A DNA stretch of 64,000 nucleotides, from assembly GCA_000934665.2 (NCBI GenBank), contig KZ537987.1, positions 1 through 64,000 of the forward strand, read 5' to 3'. The position numbers and the translations under genes are program-made. Of the stretch, positions 26,278 through 39,600 are shown piece by piece (the stretch's first letter is position 1; each line of letters opens with the position of its first letter). The DNA comes from Catajapyx aquilonaris. Taxonomy: Eukaryota. Under the pieces are notes generated by a model. It was not told where the DNA came from and did not search any database. It saw nothing but the letters and a program-made list of their open reading frames with translations.

Positions 26278-29200
26278 GTAAGTTGGAGAAAAAAGCAGTC
26301 TTATTGGCCATTCGTTAAAAGACAAGTGGCAATTGCTGATTGGCTGAAGGGCAGTCTTGTGGGCACGGATTGGTGGAGCACATTCCGGGGAGGGACTCGG
26401 CTCCACCAATCAGATCGGCGGGTACAGTGCCGTACAAAAGAAATGCTCTTTTGAAACCCTACCGTGTATGGCTTATCCACAGAGGTCGCAATATTTTAGG
26501 ACATGCCAAAATTTTTTTGAGAGGTTAGGATGTGGGTACAGTATAGTGTGGACCAATATTGATTTGGGCATGACCTAAGAGAAATTTTCTGAACATTTTG
26601 AAGCTAAAGGTGGGATAAAATCTACTTGTTTTTCTTCGAATCAGGTTTGTTAAAGCAGCGTTTTGTCTCGATTGGCTGGCGATGCCAACTACAATTTGTC
26701 GAGTTAGTGGACTGACCAATTGTCCTGTACACTGCTCGTGCGCAGTGATTGGCTCTGGACTATTATGTAAAGGTTCGGTGAGTCCCATACACGAATTCAA
26801 CACGATCTGCATGCGAGACACTGAGTTAACTGCAGTCAGGTGCAGAAAATATGTGAAAATTTACGTCCTCCGCTCGCACCGACTCGAAATGGACACCGAT
26901 GTTTTTTTGTAGGCGGGATTGTGCAAGTGGAGAAGGAATGATGTTGCGGAGTCCTGACCATGGACCTAACCGCCAACTGTCGTTTCTGTTATGACCTCCA
27001 CACACTGTGTCGAGTTTGTGGTCTAATCGTTAATCTACATATGGTTGCATGTGCAAGGTAGAGCCACTCCTCTCTAGTTTATTTTTTTCTGTTTCTGAAC
27101 ACACTGTTCCCATGCGCATTCTGCGAAGCGCTATATCATGTCGCAGCTCCATGGTTTCGCGCACGACTCACATGCAGATTAAATATAATTGATTGTATTT
27201 GCATGCCACTCGACCGGATTAAACGGGAATGACAAATTAGTTTCTTTCGATGCGCAGGCCTGGACTTCATAATCCGATTATGAGCCGACTCTTTAGGCCA
27301 AGGGAAAGGCTATGTATATTATGCACAGGGTGTTTTGTGATCATTCAGATAGGTTAACTACGAGTTAGTTGCATTTACGTTGCAATAATGTTATCAGTAG
27401 TAAATTCGCACCTTTATTGTACACTGTACACACTCTCTCTCTGTACTTATCTCAATTTGTGTCGCTCCCAGGAGACTAGCTGGCGCGACGTGAAGAGAAA
27501 TACTTAATAAGGACCCTGTTTCGCATTTCCGGATAAAATAATCATGGGAGTTATTAGCTATTAGGACAGATTGAGCTCATTGCATATTCAAGTTAAACTG
27601 CGGCTAAATGAAGCCTATTGTGGGACTTCTCCCCCTCCTTCTACTCCCTGGCAGTGTTGCCAAGTTTCTGCGGTTAGGATAGACCGACTTTGTATTCTTG
27701 TTGCAGCAGTTGGGGTAATGAACCCTTAGAGAGTGTGCAGGGTATTGATTTCCAAGGCTTCTATTACTTTGCAGAATTTTTTTATTATACAGCTGACTGT
27801 TAATCACTCGTGGTATATCCTGTGACAGATAGAAATGGCCAAACTATAGGCTGGTTCTCTGTATTAAAAAAATTGTACAAATTTGCCAAGATTCTTTCTA
27901 TTGAATGAAGTAAATAACAACGTTTTCTCAACTGGTTATTAACCTCCAGCTTTTATTGTTCGGGTCAGCGTTTGCGTGCAAGGTTTCCTTAAAACTGACC
28001 TGGGAATTGCACCAGCGAAATTTTCCGTTTTCTTTTTTTAAAAAGATGCTTTTCTTTATCGATTCACTCGCCTGCTCATGTCACGTTATCATAAGCAGCA
28101 GGGGTGGGCCAGGGGGGGAAATACCCCCGAAAAAATGGCTGAAGAACAAGCAAGAGTGGAAGGGTCCGGGATTGGATATTATAAATTACTAGCCGTCAGC
28201 ATCATGAGCAGCGTTTTAGTTGCTTGAGAAAATTTGGAAAGGGGGGGAAAAAACACAGGAAAAAGTTTAGGGTTACTCACCATATTATCGCAACAATGCA
28301 TCATCCCCCTGTCTGGCCAATATTTTGCACATTTCGTTTGGGTATGTATGTCATAGGTCAGGTGAGGATCCGGAGAAAAAGAAGCGTGATTAGGCATTGT
28401 CTGGAGTAGTCAGGTTGCAAGTGACACTTTTGGCAGGCGAGTATCTCACCGTGCTAGGTTAGAAGTGCTGTGTAAACATTGATCCAAATCGGTTCTAACT
28501 GGTGGAACTTTGCCGCAACAATCCGGCGTCTCGGAAGACGGTAATGTGGCAAATCTGGTCCTAAACCCTCGAGTGTCTCCTTTGTACTTGAGGGGTGGCA
28601 GGCTGGGGCTGGGTAGGAAAACAACTCAGAATCTGCCCTTTCATAAACCGCCTGCTATCGATCCTTCCTTCGAACCCAGCTTTTTTAGATTTTCTAGGGT
28701 TTCCATTAATTAGTAGTCACCTGCGAAGGTATGAAATCCGGGAGCACCATACATATATGTAAAAAAATGGAGGGGTGCGGCCCTTTTGTGAGGAATTCCG
28801 GGCACGACATGAAAGACCGCGCACTATTCGCTTGATTACCGGATAGCATGACGTGATTGCAGCCAGTTCAGTAAAGAATGCACTTAGCGCATGCATAGGA
28901 CTTCACTTTTGATGGCCTACATCTAGAGCACTCATCTCGGGGAGCCCCTGATGTGCTGCCAACAAACGACTGGGATAAACAAAGGAACAAGGTGGACATA
29001 GCGTCACATCTGCCCACCCATTTATTAGGTCACTTTATATAAACTGTTTAGTGAACTGGACAATCTCCAGGAAGGAATATGCAAATATTTGCGCATGAGG
29101 ATTGTTCTAATTGTGGCCTGGTTTCCACGGAACAAGTTTTTTTTTAATTTGAAAAATAACCGGCGGGATATGCCTGTATGGTCGCAGGGCACGTGGAAAT

Positions 29201-32200
29201 CGGCTTGCTCCAGCGGTTGTTTATGGAATGAGGGCATGTTTTTTCAGCCTTTTCCCCCAACGGCCCTTTATGAGATCATATACCCCCCTCCCTCCACCCA
29301 CAGTTCCTCCGTCTTCTGAAATAATGGAGTGCGTTTCAACTCAGTGCGGAACTATTCTCTAGATGCACTGTATGTGGACTATGCAAGGCCTCTGTAATGA
29401 AATATTCGTGTCTCTTTGGCCGGTCGCAAATGAGGTAGGACATTTGCGAGGGTTGAAGTACCGGAGGCTCATTATGCACAACCTGCTGCTGCAAGGCTCT
29501 AGAAATACGCCAGGTATTTTTGGTTCCCTTTCAAAGTTGACATTTGAAGCTAGGGTGTTGTCTGTCGTGGTGGTTAGACCGACACTGGATTAGAAATGAA
29601 GGGTTAATTTGGATCAAGGATAATGTGCCAAATTCGTGCACATTTTTTATGCATACATGAATCCCATACGTTTCAAATGTACTTTGTGTAAGATCGGATT
29701 CAAACTCGAAAATTGCGACACAAAATAGTTAAGCAGATACAGTACATATCATTTTGAAGGATGGAAACCTGTGCACTTTTTTTCCCCCTTCTTATTCCGT
29801 TTTCCTGAAGGGAAATGGTACAGTGTAGTACTTAAGGCTCACAGCAAATTGTTGAGAAACTTGCTCGAACTGTCAGACGGTAAGCTCATCAGTCGCGCCT
29901 GAGAGGAAGATTATGGAACTAATTCCCAAGCGCTCCAACCAACTTAAGGAGGCAGCGTAAAATTCGCGTCTTGAGTGGTGTACTGAGCATCGAGGAAACT
30001 GTCCCGCGGCCTGGTCCCACCGCTAATTCGCATAGTAAGGGGAAACGAAAATGGGTATGAAACTGGTATGAAATGAGCAGCGCCTCTAGCGGCGTCTGTA
30101 CTGCCACCTACCGGCGTCTACAGCTCTATCTAGCTGAAAATTCTGAAACTTTGACTAGCTTTGGACAATGCAGTACTTTCTGTCTGTTATTATATTTAGG
30201 GGAGAAGGCCCACCACACACTTATCTGAGCTTACCCCCTAGAAGTGCTCCATCACGGATGACTTGTCCAACAGCTAGGCCGTTAGGGGAAGTGGCAAGGG
30301 CGGTCAAAAAAAAAGAAAGGAAAATTCCCTGGCCCCCCCTCCTCCTCCTTCATGGGCCTGCTTCCGCTCAGAAGGGTCCGATCGCACACGATCTGAAGTT
30401 AAATGAACCATCAATAAGGGATACGTGTCAGCCTGAAAAAGTGGTTCGGAGATGGGGCACATTAGTAGACGCACTTCTTAGGGATGGAGTAATTCCGGCT
30501 CCTTTGTACCAAGGGTGGGGGAAATTTTTGCGGGGGGGAAATTATTGGAGGGTGCCCTCAAGGAAGGGAAATGTGATAAGTATTGAAGATGGAGCTCCAT
30601 GATTCAGTATATCAAGTTAATTTGTCAGTAGATGCGATCGACCCAGATGCTTGCAGGCATTGCGCGACACTGATTCGATTGCAATTTTGGCAAGGTCTTG
30701 CCCAAAAAACCTGCGGGTATCCGGGCGATTCGTGGAGGAATCTATTAACTGGGCCGTATGGCAACATTGCCTGGACCGGTAATGAAATATTGGGTGGGCA
30801 ATATGTAGGCTTAAATATTTCGAAAGTAATTAAGCAGCAGGAACGGGCGTGATTTGAAATTTAATCTTGTGGATTACCACCCTCCTCTCGACCTCCGCAG
30901 CCTCCAGAAGCTTGCGGTATTTTAATCCGGGAAAGGTACGAGCTTTAAAAAAGGGAGGAATAACAAAACTATGTAAATTCAGTTGTTGCGAATTCCAATC
31001 GAGTTTGCAGTGATAACAGTGCTGGAGGATTACGATTTTTTTTAGCTCTTCCCTGTCCATATTCTTAATCTGTGGGTTTCGAAATTGAGGCTTTCCCTTC
31101 AAAGGACTTTGGCGAAACTTGTGCGAATAATTCCCCCCCTTCCCTCCCCCATCTGCCTTAAAGAAACTTAATTATCAGTTTTTCCTCAAAGATAAGTACA
31201 CCATAGTGAACTGATTTGCATGTAATGAGCTTTCGCACACCCCCCTGCCTCCAGCCCACCCCCGAAATATACTAATTTACAATGCCGTTTCATGGTTTCT
31301 GTGTTGCTTCATTAGAAAAGCTGGCTGTGGCGCAGCCTGGGCTTATTACTCCCTTGCCTGTCGACAGGGGGAGGGCGGGGAGGATTATAATACATTACAA
31401 GACTTTGGCGTTCGGGTACTTGTTCTGATCCTTCCCAAGTTTTTTTTTTTAGCAACCATGTCTCTCTCTCAAAAAAATAACCATGGCGCAGGAAGAAAGT
31501 AAAGGTGTCGACACACTTGCAGAGTGCAAATTTATTCTGCAAAAAGAAGGGAAAAAGTTTCACCGCCTTCGCAACTTGAGGGTCGGTGCTAAAAATTTAT
31601 GACCATTTCTTACAGTCGTTGCGAGTACCTCGTTTTTTTTCGCAACGGGGGGATGAGCTCGGGTTTATATGGCACCATGAAGTTGGTGTGAACTTGTGTC
31701 ATTGGCTGGCATATTTTTTCAATAGAAGTGTCGGGGTGGGAGCGTCATGTTTCGCCAACTGTGTGACGTGCGACGCAACTCCAGGAAAACTGGGTTCTGT
31801 GCACATGTGATAGTGGCTGGAAAACATTGCTATTAACGGGCCATTTAACCAACCCTGATTAAACTGGCAAACATGAGCAGTAGCCAGTACAAACATTCTG
31901 ATGGTTCCCCCCGAAAAAATGGGTTGTACGTTTTTTTTAAAACAAAAAAGGAGGGGCCTTTCCCCAAGTCCATAAAGCTCTGCCTATCTCTCCCCCATGC
32001 ATGGTTTTATGCATTGCGAGGCGAAATTGCTGGCGTTATAGACAGCGAGTTCATTTTACGGGGAGAACTCTTTGCATAACGTCGTTGGGAGATTGGATGC
32101 CCTGTTTAAACTACTTTAGCGTGATTGCTCAACGCATTAATTTATCAAGTCCAACACAGCCGCCAGGTCCACACCGCCACCATAACCTTGGGTGTTTTAT

Positions 32201-35200
32201 AAATTGCCACGGCTTCATTGCCGCCCAGACCAAGTGGAAATTAAGGCTTCATCCTCTACTTTTTTTTTCCTTGGGTGCATATGTGCATAAAGCCGATAAG
32301 CCCGAGATAATTAATATGGCACCGCATCCTATTGATACCCGGGTGTAGTGATGGATCATTAAGACTTTGTTGTCGGCTTATCCGCTCAAACGTGAGTTGT
32401 TCTCAAGTGCCACTTGATTCCGGTTTTACTGTCGAACGTTAAAGGGCCCCGCGGAATATAAAGGGTTGCGGGTATAGGTGGAAAAAAATATCCGGAAACT
32501 ATTAGTGCTGGGTGACGTCGGTAAGGTTGACATGAATGCAGCATAAGTGCGTGTGGTCGTGGACGCTTCCCTGGAAACTGGCAAATGGTCAATTAGATGC
32601 GGGTCTTTGATCCGAAGAAGTGGCAAAGGACAGAAAAGCGGGCTTTTCGGACGCTGCTAATGAGAAGTAGGCAGTTGTCAAAGGACGGCGTAAATGTCAT
32701 TAGAGGGACAGGGCATTGCAGCTAGAGAGCGCAGGATCATGCCTAAGACTCTCTTCTCTGTATTTGCCTTCACCACTGGCTTTATACAAGTTTCATTTGC
32801 TGAGGAAGAGCCTACATTATGCGTGGTTTTCCATGTCAAGTGAGTTGTGCAGGTTGGAGCCCTTATTTGCCCGAGACTGTACTTGAAAGATTTATCCCAA
32901 AGCAGAAGTTGAAACACAGCGGAGTAATTAGTAACGGTTGGGATAACGTGGTATTGCAGTTTAAATTTTGCATTCTGGGACGTAAGCAAACGCATTGTAC
33001 AAGGTTTATAAGAGGAAGTCGGTCGTTACAACCGCAGCGTGGGAGCTATGAGCATTATTTTTCCAAAAAGCGAGTCGGCGGTTCGGTTAAAAGCACCCCG
33101 TTAGCAGGGAGTTCAATTTTCCTATGGCGAGCTGAACTAAATTGCCGCCACGTTTATACGCCCCTCTACTATTGCGCATTATGCTCCAAAGTGGGCCCCG
33201 AGTTTAAGGCGCTCTATTTAATTACAACCCTCATGTCCCATGTCACACCCCCCGCACGGTAATACAACCATGATATTGTACATTGGTATGCTCCATGGTT
33301 TTATAACGTACAGGCCTGGAAACTCTTTATCAGTTGTCACCCGTATAGGGAGGAGGTTGCCGCTTCGGCGCTGCTGTAGTGCTCAGTGTGTAGCGATCCT
33401 GGCGGATGATTCTGCCTTTAGCACTCACTGCATAAGGCTGGGGTAGGACTGTCTTCCTAAGGTGCGAATGACAAAATTGGCAGCCCTGATTTGCACGTTT
33501 TCTTTACCCCTGAACACACCATTCCTCTGAAGAGCATAATTATTATCGCCAGCCTCGAAATGGGTAACGTGTGTGTGGAATTTTAATTAAGGATTCCAGT
33601 AGCTGCAACCGCACTTTTTTGAGGGAATAGTAGGGGAGAGGCGGGGTGGATGGTGTAATTTGCTAAGTGGGCTTGCGTTTTAGACGCCGTGCTCATCTCG
33701 GGGGCCGCAACTGACGAGGAGGTAAAATGGGGAGGGTTGTGGAATCGCCACTCTTTCCCCCCTCTTGCTGCTTTCAACATCGATCCTTTTGCCAAAAGGG
33801 GTTCTGCCAGCCCAGGGTGTGATGGAGGAGAGAAAGAGAGAGACGATTTGTATAAAAATCCCATCACTTCGATTGACCTGTGGCCATAGTAAAGAAGGTT
33901 TAAGTACTGGACCTCCCCGCCATTGTCATTTAGAAGACAAGGGTGCATTTCGATTTCCGGACTGGAGATGGGAAATTCTGGCATGTCTGTTACGTTTAAG
34001 TTGGTCCATGCCAGGACCTCGTCTATTGATGGATGTTGGACGGAATTATAAGCTGCAAGTAGATTTGCTGAAGGTTTGCTTGAAAGCAAAATTGTGGATT
34101 AGCATAATAAGACAATGTAGGTTCATGCACCTGTCCATGTTTGTGGCTTGGTTCTAAGGCTGGAGAAACTTTCCGGATCTTTTCATATTCAGGAGAGCTG
34201 GTGCAGATGAGCCGTAGCCAATTTTTATAACAAATCTACACGTACCCCCCACCTTCCTCGGAGGATATAAAAAAATGAGACAGTTTACATGCCGTGAGAT
34301 GCCCCCACGTCCTACCTTGCACCCAACTCCGGCGCAAAAGACATGTTCTCGGAACAAAATTTGCCTATCGGGAGCATCTGGGGAGAAGCCTGCTGGAGCC
34401 ACGCACCCGGAATACAAGAGGACCTGTATATTTCACACCGGATCGGGGACTGCCAATCTGAATTATTCTGGGGTCCCAGAGGTGGGCCATTTTTGGGGGT
34501 TAGTCACAAACTCTGGTCCAAGCCTTAAGGACAGTATGTATCTGGTGTCTATTCGTTCTGGAGAAATGGGGAAGGGAGCTTTTGACTGCTGCGGAGTAGA
34601 ATCAATAAAATATTCGTCCCCGGAGATCCGGAATGATATTTCTGGGGCAAGGGAATAGACGGCGAAGGGGGGTTTATACCGCTCAATAAGACGAGGGGGG
34701 TCTGCCTTTAGTTTTAAGGGTTTACGAGGGGGCTAGTGATTGCTTGTCACGAGTCACACACTTGGGATTTCGGAAAACTTTTGAAGAGTTGTCGTCGGGG
34801 AAAACGGCGGGGTTGTAACGTTTTGGGACAGGATTTGGCGAGTGGCTATTTCGCAGCTTGGAGCATATTTTTTCCTGTTCTTTCAGGAACAGTAAATTTC
34901 GAAGGATTATTTAATGTCAAATGCTATGGAGGCCGTCCTATACAAAAAGGCCCACTATACATAGTGTGAACCTTCGACTATTTAAATTTGCTTGTCAGTA
35001 CAGTGTGTGGAAGCTTATCTTGGACATGATATAAATAGGATTCATTTACGCTTCGGAACACTACATGATATTGACGTAATTTATGCGACGGGCGGTGTAA
35101 TTTATACGACACACTGTAATCAGTCGTTAATACCACATATATGCCATGTTCAACGTCAGTTTCCCTTAGGCGTGCATGCGACAGTCCGATATATAAAATT

Positions 35201-36647
35201 TTAATATCCATGCAAACCTCTGGGAAGGCCATTTTAAAAGTGCATGTCGCCATTTATAATTCAGAATTTTAAGGAATATTTTCTGAGCTGAATAGAGATA
35301 CGAGTGCCCCCATGTCAGACATCGCCTACGTGCAGAAATTGTGCGGCAATGTGTGTCAAGCCTTTGTGCTCAGTCGCATGTCCACTTATGACTAAATATA
35401 ATATTTCGCAGCCAACTCCGGATGCTGCATTTGTCATTATGGTTAAATTCTTTCAGTTCCTAAGGTTTTATCTATTGAGCGTTTGAATTTTGACCATGTG
35501 TTACAGGCAGTTCGAACAGTGATGCCCTGAGTCCCCGCAGCTATGACTCCCGTACATTTCTGCCTTTGCTGGCAAGGCCGCTGTGTTGAATTACTTAAAC
35601 CCCGTTTACTCCAGAACATTTATGTCTCTCTCCCTTGGAATAATAGATGCCTCGGCAGTTTATCCAGCTACACATGCACGTATGCCCCTGGCGGCAAAAT
35701 GCAATCTCACTCCAGATTAACATCTGGGTCAAGTTATAACCGCGCGGATAATTTGCGTCGCGACGACGTGCCAAGACACGACCGAGGCGGTACCCGTGAA
35801 TTCCGTACATCTGCTCTCGGGCCGGGAAAACAAAAGGGTCTCCTCCCATGGCCGTGATTCCGGAACACCGCACAAAACTCCCCTGGAGCAAGATGGACGA
35901 GGGGCGGCCCCCACCACTACACAGGGAGTGATATTTGCCCAGGAGAAAGTTGGCCCTAAATTCTCGACGCTGAAACTTGGCCTGGGTATAAAATTAATAT
36001 GTCCCTGTCCGACCATGCAGAGTGTAAGAAAAGGAAGCCATATTGGAGGGCGGCGGTTTTTCGGCGGGAGAAGAAAAAAAAACCCTAGCACAAAGGCTAT
36101 TGTTTCCAGGGCGATTCCTTGTCCAGTACGACGTCGTCTTTTCAGTCATCTCCCACCCATTCTTAGCGCATGGAGCGAAAGAAGTGCAGAAAAAACGAGC
36201 AGATTTATGGTGTACTTGGTCAAATATGGCGGTCGTTATAACCCGAGGGGTCTCCCTCCAGTTTGATATGTACATCTATAGGATGACCCTGGTTCACTCC
36301 ATTTCTCGTTTTTTATTCTTCTTCACTGTGGAAGCGTTTGGAACAGTCCTGTTTTATTGCGAGAGGGTTACTTATCTCAGGGAAGGTGGACCAAACTATT
36401 CTGTGACCCGAGGTGATAGGATAGGGACATTTGGCAGTTTTCTTCCCCTCAAGAAATGGCACCTCATGTATACCGTGTATAGTTCAGAATTACCGTATAT
36501 CTTCCATTATAAGACCGTGGATTCTATTAAAGGCATAATCGTCCGCCAGGATCGTCACAGAGTTCAGCACTACAGCAGCGCCGAAGCGGCAACCCCACTC
36601 CCTATATATCCACAACCACAACTGATAAGGGTACGGGGTCTCCGTAA

Positions 36648-36697
36648 GGCTGGGGTAGGAGTGTCAGTGGGCTGGGGTAGGAGTGTCAGTGGGCTGG
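36648..36697. repeat. 22-bp exact tandem duplication (2.3 copies)
   Basis: GGCTGGGGTAGGAGTGTCAGTG twice, then GGCTGG. The related TAAGGCTGGGGTAGGACTGTC occurs at ~33433-33453. Confidence 0.85.
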
Positions 36698-39600
36698 TCT
36701 ATAGAATGGTCCAGTCACTCGTACCTTAAATGACTTACGAAACGCTGTGCCAACTGACTGCCTGCATATCCAAGTTGACTTGAACATCAAAGCCAGAACT
36801 TGCCAACAATCGCTCGACGCGACGGTGACGGTGGAAAAAAAATCCCTTAACAAGGAAACTCGGGTGCTTCACAATGGGATTACACCAGCTATACACCAGC
36901 CCATGAGTTGCTCTTCATTAAAGGCTATAATCCGAGCCCGTTGTAAGCTTACGCAAGCACTGCGAATAACAGTATTGTCTGGCTATAACTCTACAATTTC
37001 ATCCCGGATGGATTATCTTTCTCTCGTTTTTTTCCCCCAACTCTCTTTCCATTTGATACTTACACGCTTCCTTTGGCTATAATTCCTTGTAGCGTATATG
37101 TCTAGAAAAGGAGTCCGTTTTTTTTGATAGAATAGCTGGAGCTGAGCAGAAGTAGTATAGAGCCGCCATCAATCTCAGGTAATCCCGAGAGAGGAAGATT
37201 ACTGTGTAGCTCGACAAGCGGAGAAGAAATAAGAAAAAAAGGAGAAGAAATCTATAAGGAGGAATGGTGGGTGGTGGGGGTGGTGGGAGGGAAAATAGCA
37301 GTGTCAGTCAATTGATGTGACTGCAGTACTCTGTAGTTGCGGGTTACGCAGAAATGCATTTCGCGACCTTTGCCGCAACTCGTAATAACTGCGGTTATTT
37401 GATTTTCGGAGGTGGAGAGAGGGGGAGGGGGTGGTTCTACAGCACAGGAATGGGGTCACAGTGTAAACGTACCGTTATTGGACATTTCCGTCTTGTAGGC
37501 GCGTTATGAACTTTTGTGGCTGGTGGGGGGAGGGGGGGAGTCATATATTACGCCTTGTTAAAACAGTTGTGCGTCAAATTACTCCTGGTGTTATGGCCCC
37601 CGCAAGTTGAGAGGCGCGATATTGTTTCGCTCAAGATTATGAAAATATCTTTTTACGGTCTGCAGAATATCGGGAGTCATGCAGAGCAAGTGCACTGTTG
37701 CCATTGCTTCTCTATAATGTATACATAAAGCTGAGTGCATTGCTGTGTGGTGTACTGTAAAGTTTATTTGGAACAAACTCGGTTTTGTTGCTTCTGGGCT
37801 GGATCTTGATTTGTTGTGTGTGATAAGGCAAAAGAATTCAGTACCGGTTGTGTTGGACTGCTTGGACGTGCCTTGCCAGCCGAGATTCTAATTTCTTTTG
37901 CCGAGGGGTATCCCTACTGTATCATCTGGGGATGAGTGGTTCTGATAGGATTTTCTTGGAGAGAAAAACAATCGCTATCCTGCATCTGGTAATGTTTGTA
38001 AAACTGCATGTTGTATGAACAAGTTGTGGGAACTGCATGAGTGAAGTTGCTCGTAGGTAACCGAGAAAATGTGGTTAGAATATATTCAAACTTATCTTCT
38101 GCAGACTCTGTGATTGACCAGCATATATTTTGGCAATATACATTTTACCATGCCTCTGATGCTTGCTTTACTACCAGCAGATATTTCGGCTCCCATGGCC
38201 CATCCAAATGCGATGTCGAGCGAGAAATGACTAGTTTTGATCGCAGATTGTGTTCTTATCTTCCTCCGAAACTTTATGGGCGCCGGCGCAAAACCGTGTC
38301 GCAGATAAGAAAAAGGACGCGTCATATTTTTTCATGCACTGGCTTCAACCCCATGTTTCATCGGAACTTTTTTTTTTCCTTTCTTCTAAATGGACGCTGT
38401 GCACTAAAAACACCGGCTTGTAATTCCACGGGGGTTTGTGTGCTGTCCGGGAGTTTCTCTGATGGGGTGCTTGAATGGTCGATTGGCCCGCATTGGAGTG
38501 CTGGCCGCCCCCCGATTATATCCTCCATCTGCCTTTTTGCCCCGCTTGTTATGCAGATGATCCACGTTACTGACGGTTACTTGTGCACCAGCAGTACTAT
38601 AGGGGTAAGAGCCCCAGTGTTGTCCGGAGGTGATGTTTCCGGGGCGCTATGCAGAGGAGTGCCGCCAGATGACACGGCCTATTGGGATTCGAATGGGGGT
38701 AAGAGCCTCTAATTGTCGGGAAAATGGCGGGCAGAGATGCGTGTGCACTCAATCATTAGCACACCGGGTACTGTTTTGGCCGATTGCATGTCGACTGGAA
38801 CAAGAATGGTTATGGGGGGGTGCAGGCTCTGCGATGTTCACGGTTCTTGTCAGCGTTAGTTTTCATTTTAGAGGGGAATGTGCGGCGGGGAGAACAGTGA
38901 AACCTGGTTCATTCGGACGCAAGGGGCATGGTAAATCGACGGGGCTGGTTCAATCTGTCGATGCTCTTGGTGATTTGATGTCAGAGGCGTAGTTCATGGC
39001 GGCCATTTGCTTAGAAATAAATTGGAGGGAGAGAAGCCTCCAAACTGCCTGTCAGATACTGCTGACCCAACGAGTCTACGAGCTTCATGATGTCACATCG
39101 GGAGACAGTAGTATAAAAGACGTGAAGGTCAGCCTCTATTGACCTCGAGGGTCACATTATTTTATCCCGTCCTCGCACAAAAAAGGACAGTAATAGTGTC
39201 GTCATCCCAAAACCAAACAGATACACCAACACAAATGGCGTCGGGATCGGGATCCATCGCAAGTGTTGTGGTTTCGGAATAACGCATGGCTCCGAGTTAC
39301 GTAAAACTCTACCTACGTATACGGTTACGGAACGGCCCACTTAACGTAAGTCGGGGACTGCCAATCGTGTAAAAATTACACCAATAATATTATTATTTAA
39401 AATGTTCAGCATTAAAACATATAGTCGTACATGCTAAAATTTCGTCGCATAAAAATGGCGACACATACTTGTATACATTTCCCCCTGTTGCTTCTCTATT
39501 CTTTTGCTCAAGTGGAGAGTAAAGGCCTGTGAAGCCTTGCAAGACGCAAAAGGGGACCCTGCGATGAATGTCACAGGCTCTTAGTTTTTTTTTCCTCCTC

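Noticed and set aside
25885..26454. 189-aa ORF as a complete protein
   Set aside because: Only 26092-26277 is TMTC-like; the rest is read-through past the splice sites at 26086 and 26278.
36620..36631. AACTGATAAGGG matching the 3' half of miR-184
   Set aside because: The seed and 5' half do not match, and I saw no supporting hairpin.
36043..38712. 228-aa (36043-36729) and 223-aa (38041-38712) intronic ORFs as nested genes
   Set aside because: Non-ATG starts, no recognisable motifs, and no transposase or RT signatures.
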